The translations under genes were made by a program, and so were the position numbers. Positions 34,555 to 47,084 of a DNA stretch of 64,000 nt are shown here, piece by piece. How positions within the stretch are numbered: position 1 is the stretch's first letter; every line of letters begins with the position of its first letter. Where the stretch lies: positions 150,532-214,531 of the forward strand of contig CAZXON010000001.1 in assembly GCA_964642385.1 (NCBI GenBank), read 5' to 3'. This stretch comes from an uncultured Candidatus Peribacteria bacterium. Its GTDB lineage: Bacteria > Patescibacteriota > Gracilibacteria > Absconditabacterales > Absconditicoccaceae. Under the pieces are notes generated by a model. It was not told the DNA's origin. It saw only the letters and a program-made list of their open reading frames with translations, and did no database searches.

Positions 34555-35080
34555 TTTGAGCACGCATTAATTGCAAAACAAATTTATCTGCTAGTCTGTA
34601 ACGTCTTTGGAACTCATCAGTACTCATAAATGCAATCTGCGCAGTTGTGATGAAATATCACTCAAAAAGTTTTGTTATGCCTTCTTTGATTGCTTCTAGA
34701 GTAGGTTTTTCACAGTTTTTATGAATCACAACGAGATCAAGATCCATATTCTTTCCAAAGATGCGTCATAAAAAATGCTTTTCCAACACAAATTCATATT
34801 GCAAAAACAGCGCATTCAAGTCTGTTTCAAGCGCATATAGTAAAAGAGACTTAATATAAGGACTCGCAGAAGGATTAATAGTAATCGATCGTTTATTCGC
34901 ATCCTTGTCTATTAGCACAATCTGGGCTTCTTCCAGCGAATCAACTTGTTTTTTGATTGCAGGGAAAGTCCACGGTATCTCATGGTCTAATGCTCTTATT
35001 GAAACGCCTTGTCTACGGAATACAAGGTATTTCAATATATCCACCTTTGCCTTACTTCATAAAAATTTATCAAGATTCAT
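34541..35080 (-). CDS. winged-helix plus nucleotidyltransferase-like protein (179 aa)
   Basis: ATG at 35080 (MNLDKFLGSKAKVDILKYLVF..), extending track ORF 34766-35044. The C-terminal part reads ..MDLDLVVIHKNCEK... TAA at 34541-34543 overlaps the next gene's start. Confidence 0.55.
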
Positions 35081-35195
35081 ACTGTCAATATGTATAAATG
35101 TGATATCAATTTGCAACTAGAAATGCAAAAATAGAAAAATCATCATTATTTGAAAATATGTTTGCAAGTTACTGGTAGTTGATTATAGTGATTAT

Positions 35196-35831
35196 ATGCT
35201 TACAAAGGTGGCTCGTATTGTAAAAAACATTTGAATCATTCTCACGACATTGATAGCACTTAGTATCATCTCCTTTTTGATCATCAATTTTGCCATCATT
35301 CAAACTTCAAAAGATGATATATTTCAGATTCAAACAATTAACACTCCTCTTGAGATAGCAATCGTACTTGGTGCAAGTGTTGAGTGATTACAACTCAGCC
35401 CAATTCTGCAAGACAGGATTGAAACAGCTATCGAACTCTACCAAGGCAAAAAAGTTAAAAAAATTTTTGTTAGCTGAGACAACGGGAAAAAATATTATAA
35501 TGAAGTAGACGCTATGCACAACTATCTACGCAATCGTGGAATCCCAGAAGAAGACATCATTACCGACACAAAATGATTCACAACATATGAAAGCCTCAAA
35601 AATTTCAATATATATTTACAACAAAATAATTTTTCACAAGTTGGAATTATCACTCAAGCGTTTCACCTACCTAGAGCAATTTTTATAGCAAAATCTATTT
35701 GAATTGACGCAACCGGAATAATAAGTGACCGCGCAATTTATAAGGAAGAAAAATATTACGAAAAAAGAGAAAGTCTCGCTCGTATCAAAGCAATTTATGA
35801 CATTCTAGTACACCACTTAATCAAAAAATAA
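35196..35831 (+). CDS. SanA/YdcF (DUF218) family protein (211 aa)
   Basis: N-terminal TM helix. Motif ..FVSGDNGKKYYNEVDAMHNYLRNRGIPEEDIITDTKGFTTYES... TAA 35829-35831. Confidence 0.8.
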
Positions 35832-35865
35832 ATATATAACTTATTTATTCCTTATCCCAATATAC

Positions 35866-37725
35866 ATGTCTCGCATACAAAAATTCTTTTCACAACGAAG
35901 TGCTTCACTAGGACAATTTCCTATCGCTCACGTCTTGTTAGCGTTTTTGACTACATTAGTCATCACCAATATTTATATCGGATACGACAATGCGTTTGAA
36001 GCAGAATCAAATAGACTTATGATTGCATCGTTTTTTGCACTGTCGCTCACGCTGATACCTGGTGTTTTGCAATGAATCATGAAAAAAAACATCGCAAAAC
36101 CCATGAATTCATGACACACTATTGCAAATGAATGAGATCCAGTACCAATACCTAACCCAAAAAAACCTGCTGCAATATCAGCGGCTTTTCTATTACAGAT
36201 ATGTGGACTGGCAGTAGGTTTTTTATATTACACTCTCTTGCCAAATAATTTTGAAAACAGTCCTTATGCAAGTCGAGTTTGGATGATAGGAAGCATAATT
36301 CTTGGATATCTACTAATATTTTTTAGTATTGCTCGGACCAAAAAAAGCAATGAGGCATTTACCTGGACGCGGCGAAAAGGGATAATAGAATCAGTTCTTA
36401 TTGGTTGAATTGCAGGGGCAATTATCTGGGGAGGTGTTTCTGCGTGTATCAAATCAATAGAGTTTTTATTCAACGTTGAATTTTCTTCAGGAAATATTTA
36501 TGAGTATGTGGGAACCGTTTCAATGATTTTTATAACAGGTTCTATTGCGCTATTATACTTCACCAATCAAGAAAATGAGATGCCTGTATATACACGTCTT
36601 AATCGTATATTTTGACAATATATTTTTCTTCCTTTAACGATCGTCTACTGACTAATTCTAATAAGCTATGGTGTGAAAATCTTGCTTACCTGAATACGAC
36701 CAACATGAACAGTGATTTATATGGTTATGGGATATATCGCTTTTGGGCTGCTTACTCGATTAACCACATACCCAGCGCTTCCCAATTCATTTATTAGTAG
36801 ATCCCATTTCATTTTATTTGGTAGTTTCGTGCTAACTTCTTTGCTTATGATTCCAGCAATTCAAATGAGGATAGACCAATATGGGTGGACGATTGACAGA
36901 TATTTTATTTGTGCAATCATTGTTCGGATTATACTCTTTAGTATTGGGGGGATGTTGTTCAGCAAACACAGGATGATAATCATCATATCGCTTCTGATTG
37001 TGTTGTGAGGATTTAGTGTATATTGAGGAAAATGGAATGCTAGTAGTATGAGTGCGAATAGTCAAAAAAATAAATTATTAACAGTGTTACATGAATACAA
37101 CATTTCTCTTCCGCTTAATTCTTGATCAATTAGCAATCTAGGATATGAACAAAAAGAAACATTACTTAGTTCACTACAATATCTCACAAATTCAGTTGAT
37201 ACAAGCCGATTAGAAGGAATTTTAACACAAAAAGATCTCATCGAAATAAGAAACGCTGAAACGAGTTGGGAGAGAGAATGAATCATGTGTAAAGCAATCG
37301 GATTGTCATCATGCTACGAGATGAAAAACGCAGATCGGAACAGATGATATTTTAATTATTTTATTAAACAAAGACCAGCATCGATCGACGTAAATGGCTA
37401 TTTAACACTTCATAACTTTAATTGTGTGAATTTAAATAACAGTGTAAAAATTGGCGATATCTCATTTGATTTTACTCCATATATGTCTGGAATTTATTTG
37501 CATGCCAACACACAAAAAAATAACAATATTCAACCTATGGTAACAAAAATGGATAGTTCAACCCAAATTTCCGAAGAAGATAAAACCAATAATAATGTAT
37601 ATACAATTGAAACAGATACTATAAAATTATACCTGTACGAAATGGGATGAAGACAAAACCAAAATGAAGATAATTCTATCTCTTACAAAATAGAATATTG
37701 TGACGGCATTGCGCTTGTTAAATAA
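35866..37725 (+). CDS. large polytopic membrane protein (619 aa), possibly DUF4153-like
   Basis: Track pieces 35866-36075, 36712-37008 and 37426-37650 are co-framed. At least 10 hydrophobic helices followed by a soluble C-terminal third. TAA 37723-37725. Confidence 0.6.
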
Positions 37726-37855
37726 TATATACCACCAAAAGTATCTGTCTTAACAAAACAATTATCAGATGTATATACAAGACATATTACAATTTTTTTA
37801 CGTGGACAATTAATCATTAATTATTACCAATCAATAGTTAGTTATTTAAAAAAAT

Positions 37856-37917
37856 GCCCGCCCTGTCGTAGCATAACTAGCTAACCACAGATAGGACGGG
37901 CAACCCGGCTTCGCCGG
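37856..37917 (+). repeat. GC-rich long-hairpin element, copy C (between convergent genes)
   Basis: GCCCGCCCTGTC..(loop with CTAG)..GATAGGACGGGC followed by CCGGC-ttc-GCCGG. On the minus strand a T8 run follows, so it can terminate the ABC gene. Confidence 0.7.
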
Positions 37918-37945
37918 AAGAGTTGACTCTCTTGTGTGATAAATT

Positions 37946-39784
37946 TTATACAATATCTATTTCCGACTCCATTGAAACAGTGTACTCTCTTCGCATTTTT
38001 CTAAATACATTATCATTTGCAATAAGCGCATCAAACGAACCATGTTCCACTATACGTCATGCTTCGAAAACATAAATATGATCAAACAAAGGCAACAAGT
38101 GTAATTTGTGGATTGCCGCAATGATAGTTTTCTCATGAAATGCTTGAAATATATTTGTATAGATCTTTTTTTCATTGATACTATCTACGCTACTTGTTGA
38201 CTCATCTAACAACAAAATCTCACTTTTTTCAGCTGCGAGCAACCCACGCGCCAATGCTAAACGTTGTTTTTGCCCTCATGAAAGGTTTACTCACTTTTCT
38301 TTTATGCTTGTTTGATACTCGTTTGGCAGACTCAATGCTATATCATGAAACAACGCAATTTTTGCATATTTTTCTATCGTTTCTTGGGATACGTCTGTTC
38401 ACATTGCGATATTAAAAAGCATGGTTTCTTCAAATATTTCTGGTTCTTGTGGGACAAGAGATGTCTTATCTGATAAGACCTGGAGAGTATCAAAACCGCG
38501 ACCATCTATACTCACCCTGACACTATCAACATCATACAATCCACGCATCAACGAAAGAAAGGTCGATTTTCCACTTCCCGATTCGCCAATTAGAGCTATC
38601 TTGTCACCAACATTCCATTGCAAAGAAATATCACTAAGGATCAATGCTGGCTTTTGAAGCGTTTTTGCTCATGGGTCTTCGTGCGATTCATTATTTTCTA
38701 GATCATCATTTACATGTTGGTCATCATAAGAGAAAAACAAATTATCAATGTTCACAAAATCTTTGGCTGAAACAGATCTATAATCTTTTATGTTTTTGGT
38801 ATAAAGATTGTGCTCAGCTTCTATCGATTCAATAGCACTAATATTTGCACTAAATGTTAGGAGCTCTGAATACGACCAAGTTAGGTTATAAAAAGTATTT
38901 GCAAGACGTCCAGTATACCCAGAAATCATCGTCAAAACTCCAATCATAACAACTCCCTTACTTTGCCATTGTATAAGAACATATGCAATGATGATAGCAG
39001 CAGTAATGAATTCTAGTCATGAATCAGTCACAAACCACTTTTGTTCATTTCTTAGAATATGTTTTTTGAATGGCTCTTTTTGCTCTTGCATTGCCTTTGA
39101 AAGAGACATTTCGGTCGGTGAGAGAAATCTAAGTGTTATTAACGTTCTAATATTTGAAAGATAATCAAACAACAATCAACTTACTTTGTGCGCTAGTGTG
39201 TTTTCTTCTTTAATCCATGCAACAATTTTTTTATCAAATCGATTTATCACAAAAATCATACATATAAAAAGTACAAACATTCCAACGCTTAAAATGGGCC
39301 ACAAAAGGATCAATGCAATTAATGCTCAAATAAATGATACGAATGTGCCTAGATTCTGTGATATATTTGAACCAAAACTTTTCAATGCACTGACTGCTTT
39401 ATTTATTCTATCAATTGTTTCTCCCGAATGATTATTGGTATGCCAAACCATAGGAAGAACAATTGTTTTGTGATACAGATCTTCTCTGTATCTTTTTGCG
39501 GTATCAAAAGCTAGATTTTCCTCTCTCACACGTGCTGGGCCATGAAAAGCCCATTCCATAAATGGCAAAATTAATGTTGCAATGGCATAGGGCAACAAAT
39601 TATGTATCATATTTTCTCATCCCTCTTGCACAATGACTAAAGACTTACCAAAAAGATATGGTCATAAAAGAGATATGGCACGCGAAGTAAACTGCATCAG
39701 CATGAATACAATCGCCTTCCTCTTAGAAGGAACATAGCGTCGATATTGGCGCAATAAAATTATATATGGGTTATTTTTTATCAT
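37946..39784 (-). CDS. ABC exporter, fused permease/ATPase (612 aa)
   Basis: Track pieces 38057-38254, 38399-38644, 38669-38947 and 39326-39610 are co-framed. Walker A GESGSGKST, signature LSGGQKQR (first Gly is TGA 38276-38278), Walker B ILLLDEST. Confidence 0.9.
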
Positions 39785-39973
39785 TGATGTTTTTTACAAA
39801 TAAAAATTCTTACCAAAAAATTGATGCTCATGCATCCTCCCTGAGTAGTAGCGAATTGCTACTAGTGCGTTTTTGTTCTCATTGTAATAAAAAACATCAT
39901 AAAAATTGTTTGCTACAATAAGTTTACGAATATCTTGACATTTTGTGACAAATAAAGTCGCGAGACCGGTCTC

Positions 39974-40624
39974 TTATTTTTTTCTTCGCAGAGCATAACA
40001 AATCTTTCTTCATTCACCAATTGCTAGATTTTCATAGTGTGTCTGGATACCGAAATGGTCAGCGAGTAATTTTTCATCAGCATGTAAATCAATTGTTTTT
40101 TCAACCAATGTTCGTTGATCCTTTTGTAGATCAACCTGAGCAAGTGAATACGCAAACAACTCACTGTCATCAGTTTTCAATCTTAGGGATCATCAGCTTT
40201 TCAAAACAGAATGATACATTTGTAGAAATCTTGGATGTGTCAAACGTCTCTTTTCATCGCGTCATTTTGGTCTTGGATCTGGATGAACTATCCGAATTTC
40301 ATCAATACTATTTGGCATAAACCATCTATCAAGATGATGTACGATACCACAGACAAAACGAACATTTTGCAACCCCAATGCATGTGTATTATCTAATCAC
40401 ACGCCAATTCTATCTCACTTACTATCAATACCGACGAAGAGAGTGTCTAGAAAATATTGCGCTAGTCACACAGTATACTCTCACCTTCCACAAGCAATTT
40501 CCAGAACCACACCAGCGTACTGTTTTTGCTCTTCTACAAAAATTTTATGTGGTTTATCTATCCCCTTTATCACCCGAGGATCAGCACTAATACGAGCATA
40601 TCTATGTAATTTTTGACGAGGCAT
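39974..40624 (-). CDS. trmB: tRNA (guanine-N7)-methyltransferase (216 aa)
   Basis: Motifs VLEIACGRGEYTV, FVGIDSKG and RIVHPDPRPKGRDEKRRL. ATG at 40624, TAA at 39974-39976. Confidence 0.85.
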
Positions 40625-40633
40625 AATCGCAAT

Positions 40634-42082
40634 CTAAACATACCATAAAGGAAATTTTTTGCATAATTCTTGTACTTCTAGAAGCAACGTAGACAGCATA
40701 TTTTCATCACCATAATTTTCCCGTGCACGCGAAATGATAGATGCAATCTGCTTCATCTCAGCTTCTCACAATCATCTTGATGTAATTGCTGGCGTACCAA
40801 TTCTCACTCAACTTGGATCCATTGGCGTGCGTTGATCAAATGGTAACAGATTTTTATTTATAGAAATACCAACTTTTTCTAGCGTTTGTTCTGCTATTTT
40901 CCCAGTTAATGGAGTGGGTTCCCATCCAGCTGCTGGTACTCTTTTCCTTGTCACATCAATCAATATCATATGATTTTCCGTAGTATCACTCAAGACATCC
41001 CATCCAAAAGCTCTTAGATAATCTGCCAATAATTTTGCGTTCTGTACAACTTTTTTGGCGTAACTCTTGAAAGTTGGTTGCAAAACTTCTTCTAGCGCGA
41101 CTGCTTTTGCGTACATTTCATGTACATGTGGTCATCATTGCAATCATGGAAACACGCCGCGATTTATGGATTTTTCCAGATCTTTTTGTTCTACCGACAT
41201 TTTTCATCATTGCAAAAAGTCCACTCCTATATTGTATTCTCATTCTACATTTCTTCGTCATCTTCTCATATAAATCATCGCTCCTCTTGGTCCACGAAGT
41301 GTTTTGTGTGTTGTTGTCGTAATAATATCAAAATATGGAAAAGGAGAAGATAAGACCTCCCCAGCGATCAGGCCAGCGATATGCGAGATATCAGCCATCA
41401 GAAGCGGACGGTACCCATGAATATTGCTGACTTCGTCAGCAATCGCAGCAAAGTTTTGCCAATCTATGTTTTTAGGGTATGCACTGAATCACGCAACTAT
41501 CATTGCTGGTTTCTCTTGCAATGCTTTGCTGCGAAGTTCGTCATAATCTATCTGGAACGTTTCTGGTTTCACTCCATAGGGAATAAAATTGTAGTAAATT
41601 GTAGATGAATTTAATGGATGTCCATGTGAGAGATGTCAACCTGCATTTAATGACATCGCAAGGACGGTATCTCATGGTTTGAGAACTCACATATAGACAG
41701 CAAGATTAGCGGGAGAGCCACTCAGTGGTTGTACATTCACTCCCCACGTTTGCGTAAAAGCGTCAAACGCATTTGTTGTATGTATATCTTGAAAAATATT
41801 TTCTAGAGCCGTCGATTCTGGTTTTTCAAATGGATTTTCTTTCCATAGACCAAAAACTTGAAGTGCCAATTTCTGTGTATAACGCTCCAATTCATCAACA
41901 TTTATCTGTCATCCATAATAACGGGCTCATGGATATCCTTCAGAGTATTTGTTGGTAAAAACATTTGCATATGCGCGCAGAACATCATCAGAAACATAGT
42001 TTTCTGAGGCAATCATTTCCAATTCATTTTCTTGGCGATTGCGCTCATTTGAAAGAATATGTGTTAGTTTATCTGAAACCAT
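40634..42082 (-). CDS. glyA: serine hydroxymethyltransferase (482 aa)
   Basis: Motif [45 protein letters not shown]. Track pieces 40808-41116 and 41687-41890 are co-framed. TAG at 40634-40636. Confidence 0.92.
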
Positions 42083-42211
42083 AGAAAAAATATTATTAGA
42101 TAAAAATCCATTGAAAGAAAATGGAAAAGGTTGTTATATCATCATATTTTTTGAAAAATAAATATTTTCTGAGTATATCATTTATTCTGTTGATTTCCAC
42201 CAAAAGCAATA

Positions 42212-43225
42212 TTAAAAACGCAAATGTATCTTTTTGCCTTTCACGGTCACTGTTCTCTCCTTTTCCAATCAAGTCACAATTTTTACAATATCTTTTTCTG
42301 GAAAGTGAGTTTGAATTGCATCAAGAGAAAGTGATTTTGATTTTTTTCATTTTATTCCGATCGTCTTTAGCGTTTTATCGTCTACGAGTTGCTTCAAGAT
42401 CCAGCCTCTCACCTCACGATCCGAACCGGTAAACGGCGATTGTTTTGCAGATTGGATTCCTGTTACTTTACTGTGTAAAACCATTGATCCATAATCCATT
42501 AAGGCATTGTGTCGCTCACGAGATCTTCAAAAGGGAACGAGCGATAGAGCAAACACTTGTAAATCAAACAACGAAATATTTTCTGCTAACCCAAAAGCAT
42601 GGATAAGCACTCTTTTTATGTTAATATCTATCACAGGCACCTCAAAATTGTATGAGAAAGCCAAAATCGCATTCGCTGTATATTCACCAACTCATGGCAA
42701 AGTGCGCAAATATGAGTAATCTTGCATACTTTGAGCTATTAATTGTTCACATTTATCCCACATTTTGTCGGAAACTTGTGGAAAACTAGCTTGGTATAGG
42801 GATTTTTTAGAAACGATTGGGCGATTTACAGCTCTATTCATTCAATTATCAACTCAATTATTTTGAATGCGATTGTATCAAGCCACAGATAAAGCATCGT
42901 CAATTATTTTTTTACTCGCTTCATGGAGGTATATGGCTCTACGATTAAATCCCAACCCAGACCACTCTGACAGGACTTCTACGCGACTCGATTGCGCAAG
43001 CGCCAAAACAGTTGGCCATTTTTTCATCCATCCATTAAACTTTTGTATCACCCTTGATACTTGTGTTTGTTGTAACATTATCTCTGAAACAAGAATTTTA
43101 TATGGATCTTGCGTTTTCCTCCACGGCAAATCTCTCTTGTTTTTCTCATACCATCCAAGAATTTTTTGTTGAAATTCTTTTTTCTCTACAGACGAGATAG
43201 TTTCTCATATATTCTGTTTTCTCAT
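42212..43225 (-). CDS. MutY-like HhH-GPD DNA glycosylase (337 aa); no 4Fe-4S Cys motif seen
   Basis: Motif ..WYEKNKRDLPWRKTQDPYKILVSEIMLQQTQVSRV...WSGLGFNRRA..LPGVGEYTANAI... Track ORF 42878-43129 is in frame. TAA at 42212-42214. Confidence 0.8.
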
Positions 43226-43490
43226 AAAATGGATAGTAGAAAAATGAATACAGAAAGCAATATAAGAACATACTTGATTTTTACACTACCAACAAGAAAA
43301 CAATCCAAAAAAGTAGATTTACTTGATTTTATCATATGTGTTCTTATATATATCTGATGGTAAAAAAAATAACATGTACAATACGAGTTAATTAATGCTG
43401 TCTGAAAAAAATAGTGTTTCTATTTAGGTAAGACGGGGGAATGACGAATCTGGCAACAGAAAGATGTCAAACAACTAAAATAAAAATAAA

Positions 43491-44000
43491 ATGAAAACAA
43501 TTAAAATTTTATTACTAATTATTCTTTGTCTTGGAGGAATTGCAAAAACCTATTCTCAGAGTACTAATTTCCCAACATGTAGTTTCCCTTTCTCTGGGAT
43601 ACAAAAAAGTTGGGTTAGTGCAACTAGCTTGGCGCTGCCATTAGACAAAACGCATGATAAAAAGTATTATTGGAGGGGGCTAGTTGACAGACAAAATGCT
43701 GCTGGCAATATCACTTTCCAAGTGCGAATTACAAATAAGGTAAATTATCCTACAACAGTACGGGTTATTAAAGTAACTAGAAATCTATTAGGACAAGAAT
43801 CGTATTTGGTATATCAATCATGTACAGATATAAATTCTACTGGTTCTTCTAAGTACTATGACTTTACTGTACCAGCAAACTGTTATGCCTATGATTTTGA
43901 GGTAATATATCCCAACACGACATCAGCAGGACAAACGGCGAGAATAAACGGAGTTATTGACATTACTGTTTGTAGATCGATAGGATCTGGGTGCTATTAA
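43491..44000 (+). CDS. secreted Cys-rich hypothetical protein (169 aa), free of TGA codons
   Basis: Intact in the standard-code track. Signal peptide MKTIKILLLIILCLGGIAKTYSQ. All 11 Gly residues are GGN codons. Confidence 0.65.
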   Translation: MKTIKILLLIILCLGGIAKTYSQSTNFPTCSFPFSGIQKSWVSATSLALPLDKTHDKKYYWRGLVDRQNAAGNITFQVRITNKVNYPTTVRVIKVTRNLLGQESYLVYQSCTDINSTGSSKYYDFTVPANCYAYDFEVIYPNTTSAGQTARINGVIDITVCRSIGSGCY

Positions 44001-44022
44001 AATTAACTAAGTTTACATTATA

Positions 44023-44053
44023 AAATGATCCTATTTTTATGGGGTCATTTTTT
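44023..44053 (+). terminator. intrinsic terminator-like hairpin
   Basis: ATGATCC..GGGGTCAT imperfect stem followed by a T7 run. Confidence 0.45.
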
Positions 44054-44111
44054 TATTGATTTATGAACCAGAAAAGCATATATATAAACTTGTTTAAACT
44101 TATTTACTATA

Positions 44112-44576
44112 ATGAAGTGGTATAAATTTATTTTACTCATATGTATCTTCTTAATCTTTGTTGGTTATCTCATTTTGTTATATGGATTTAAAATTAGTAT
44201 ACTAGCAGTAGAAGATAAATTTTTTCATAGAGAAGACAATTATCAATTTGCTCATATTGATAAAAACAATAGCAACATTTGAAATCTTATCTTTAAAACC
44301 GATAGTAGCGCCCCATCTATAATTTATCGTTTTCAGAGTTGAGTTAATAATGTATTAATACCTTCTAGCAAAAATAGCAATGTCTCAATTAGTGTTTGTG
44401 ATTCACTATTTATTGAACGAATTTGATATAACTGTAAGACAAAAAAATACCCTTTAAGTCAATGTCTAGAGCTCAAGTTGCATGATACTTGAGTAAGTAC
44501 AAACAGCTGTAATATAGTAGATGTTTCATGATGAAAACGAGAGAAAATATATTATATAGTTAAAAAACAACCCTAG
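44112..44576 (+). CDS. membrane-anchored hypothetical protein (154 aa)
   Basis: ATG 44112, N-terminal TM helix, six in-frame TGA codons, TAG 44574-44576. Checked codon by codon. Confidence 0.5.
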
Positions 44577-44579
44577 AAA

Positions 44580-44736
44580 CCTGCGTTTGTTGTAGCATCA
44601 CCTCTGAAACAAGAATTTTATATGGATCGATGGTTTCTCTCCATGGCAAATCTCTCTTGTTCTGTTCGTATCGAGCAAGTACTTTTTGTTGAAATTGTTT
44701 TTTTTCTGCAGATCAGATAGAATCTCCTGTTTTCAT
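44580..44736 (-). pseudogene. truncated duplicate of the mutY-like 5' end
   Basis: About 155 nt that align with 43060-43225, about 80 percent identical by eye. Encodes MKTGDSIGSAEKKQFQQKVLARYEQNKRDLPWRETIDPYKILVSEVMLQQTQVSR and then stops. Confidence 0.75.
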
Positions 44737-44826
44737 GAAAAAAATAGTAGAGAATTTGACTCAAAAAGCAAAAGAAAAACCCGTCATAAAGACGAATCTC
44801 TCAGTTAAAAAAAAGCACGAATATTA

Positions 44827-45546
44827 TTAAAACCCTGTCCCAAAATCCATTCCTCCACTCATAATAACATCAGTTCATGAAAGGACAAAATTCATATTTC
44901 ATGTTAAATTTTGAAGTTGATTCATAAGTTCAGATGTTGGGAAGTTACCCAAAAGAGATGAAAACATCGCGATCATTGCAATCATCGGAATCGCCACCAA
45001 AGCCAACAACACAAAGAATATTAATGCTTGTATAAGACCATAATATCGTTTTACGCCACCAAGCTTTTTGTAATCATTATTTACATCAGCTCCATAGTTA
45101 TTTGATCACTTCGTTCCTCATGCAAATAATAGGATAAGAAGAAAGACGATATTTACGAAAGGAATAATCAAGATCAAAAGCAACCAAGGATTCCAATTCA
45201 TATCCTTCATCCTACCAATTCGCAATTTTACTGATACCACAAGAGAAAAGATTCCAAAGAGGGAACCAATATCTTGACCAAGAAAAAACACTCAGAACTG
45301 AAGGATCAACAATGTTATTAGGACATACTGATACTCGCTTACTGAGATCCTCCTTTTAAAATCCCAATTTGTAAAAATAGCTTTTAAGAGATTTAATTGA
45401 AAATCCCAAAAAGACTTATGTTTTAGTGTGGTGGTTGGTGCTGTTTGTTCAGTTTGCACTATTTCTGTAGGTTGAGTTGGCACCGAATGAATAGGTTCTA
45501 ATGGATTAATTTGTTGTTCTGGAGTTTGGTTAGGTAAGTCTGTCAT
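44827..45546 (-). CDS. DUF805 family membrane protein with Pro/Thr/Gln-rich N-terminus (239 aa)
   Basis: Track ORF 45292-45546 continues across TGA. Motifs ..FKRRISVSEYQYVLITLL.. and ..GTKGSNNYGADVN... TAA at 44827-44829. Confidence 0.75.
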
Positions 45547-45578
45547 TTTGTTTGTGTTTAATAGTAAAATATATTTTT

Positions 45579-46133
45579 TTACTTCCCAATTACTACTTCA
45601 ATAGCCGCAAATGCGCTATCTTCTGTCGCATTTACAATAATTGTTATTTCATTACCAATCATTCCCTTGAAGAAAGAAACAGCAGCTTGATTTAATGCGT
45701 ATGTTTTGTTGTCCTCTGTAAGCGCAATAAACTTGCCATCTTCTGTTTTCGTGAGTTTGGCTTTGAGAAATTTTCTTGCAACAGGACCGATTACCTTATA
45801 GATGAGCTTTCCATCTTCCATGATTCTCAATTTGAGCATATCACCAGGGATAAGCTTAGTTTTGGAAGCATAGTTCATAGGAACAGGATACATTTTCCCA
45901 TCTCCGGCTACCATAAAAGTACCATCGAACTTCCCTTCTACGGTTTGCATTCCTTCATCATTATCTTCAGAAGGATGATTTTGAGATACTGCTTCTGGGA
46001 TAGATTGGAATGGTGATGGCGCTCCCGTTTCTTCAAACATTTTTTGTACCATAGCTTTTGCTTTGATAACATCATTTTCCAATTTATTTAATGTGTGAAG
46101 CAAAGAAATGAGTAAATCGTTGTTTTGAGTCAT
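45579..46133 (-). CDS. hypothetical protein (184 aa), free of TGA codons
   Basis: Intact track ORF. All 13 Gly residues are GGN codons. Confidence 0.65.
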   Translation of the reverse strand: MTQNNDLLISLLHTLNKLENDVIKAKAMVQKMFEETGAPSPFQSIPEAVSQNHPSEDNDEGMQTVEGKFDGTFMVAGDGKMYPVPMNYASKTKLIPGDMLKLRIMEDGKLIYKVIGPVARKFLKAKLTKTEDGKFIALTEDNKTYALNQAAVSFFKGMIGNEITIIVNATEDSAFAAIEVVIGK

Positions 46134-46282
46134 TTTGTTTTTGTATATGAGATAAATATGTTTTTATTATACTCTTTTTGTCAGGGAAAGCAAAAAAAAC
46201 AGAATATTTTTCCACAGTATATCGATTCAAATGAAATGACTTTTAAACACTTCATATGGAATAAGGAATTTTTTTGGCAAAA

Positions 46283-46472
46283 ATAAAATATGCCTGTGAG
46301 CGAGGCCCAGTTCTTTGTTCTCAAAAAGAAAAGAAACGAAGTGTGTGAATATGGGTAGATTTCTATATTATCCAAGGACTAGCTCTTCTCATATCACCAG
46401 CTTTGCTGATACAATTAATCATTAATCATTAACAATTTATAATTAATCATTATATCTTGATTTTCCTATGAT
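46283..46472 (+). repeat. CTCTGAACGAGG-family element (diverged) with an internal TTAATCATTAA-box insertion
   Basis: aatatGCCTGTGAGCGAGGCccagTTCTTTGTTC..GAAGTGtGtGAatATgGGTAGAT.. then ..acaattaatcattaatcattaacaatttataattaatcatta..TTTTCCTATGATc. Confidence 0.65.
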
Positions 46473-46629
46473 CCAAGTAAACAGGTTATTAGAGATTATG
46501 AGGATAGATTGGCTCTACACAGAAATACAATCAGACATAACTTCCTCTTGCAAAATCCTATGGTATTTGGTATTCTTTAAGTGCTGTTTTTCTTTTATTT
46601 TTCTTTTATTTTTCTTGTATTTTACTTCT

Positions 46630-47043
46630 ATGATACCAACTATTATTGTTTCAGTGCTCCTTTGAGTTGTTGTGGGTTATGCAGTATTTTACTTTAGATA
46701 TGACAACAGGCATTTCATAGATGAATTAAGGAACAACCTCACCAACACAAGACAAGACTTAGAGACAGCAAGTGCTGATGCAGCCGAGTTTGAACAGCAA
46801 AATATTATCCTAAGAGATAAAGTAACAACTCTTATTTCCAAAAATGACGATCTTTCCAAAATTGTTTCTGAGCTCAGTAGATGATACTTCCGTATGAAAC
46901 AAGCATCTGAAAAAGCCCAAGAGCTATCGACGCTCCTGAAAGTAAATGATAGTCAACTTGAAGAGAAGATACAATCGATGAGTATTGGCGAAAGGCTTGA
47001 AGAGAAAATGCACCCAGAAAACTCTTCCAACAAAAAACGATAA
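46630..47043 (+). CDS. TM-anchored coiled-coil protein (137 aa from ATG 46630; an in-frame ATG at 46468 is an alternative)
   Basis: Track pieces 46468-46665 and 46672-46884 are co-framed. The ATG at 46468 lies inside the -10-like box of the repeat, so the downstream ATG is preferred. TAA 47041-47043. Confidence 0.5.
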
Positions 47044-47084
47044 GAAACGTACACACTCTTACATTTATTATTTCAACTACGGTT

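Noticed and set aside
39830-39885. The hairpin AGTAGTAGC-gaat-TGCTACTAGT plus T-run on the + strand as the end of an unannotated small RNA between the ABC exporter and trmB.
   Set aside because: It is a single weak hairpin with no upstream + strand promoter or gene that I can support. It may simply be incidental in a divergent/convergent spacer.
42014-42082. A suspected frameshift at the glyA start (the ATG seemed out of frame).
   Set aside because: This was my own transcription slip. Re-reading the bases gives ATG at 42082 in frame ([17 protein letters not shown]..), and the CDS length is divisible by 3.
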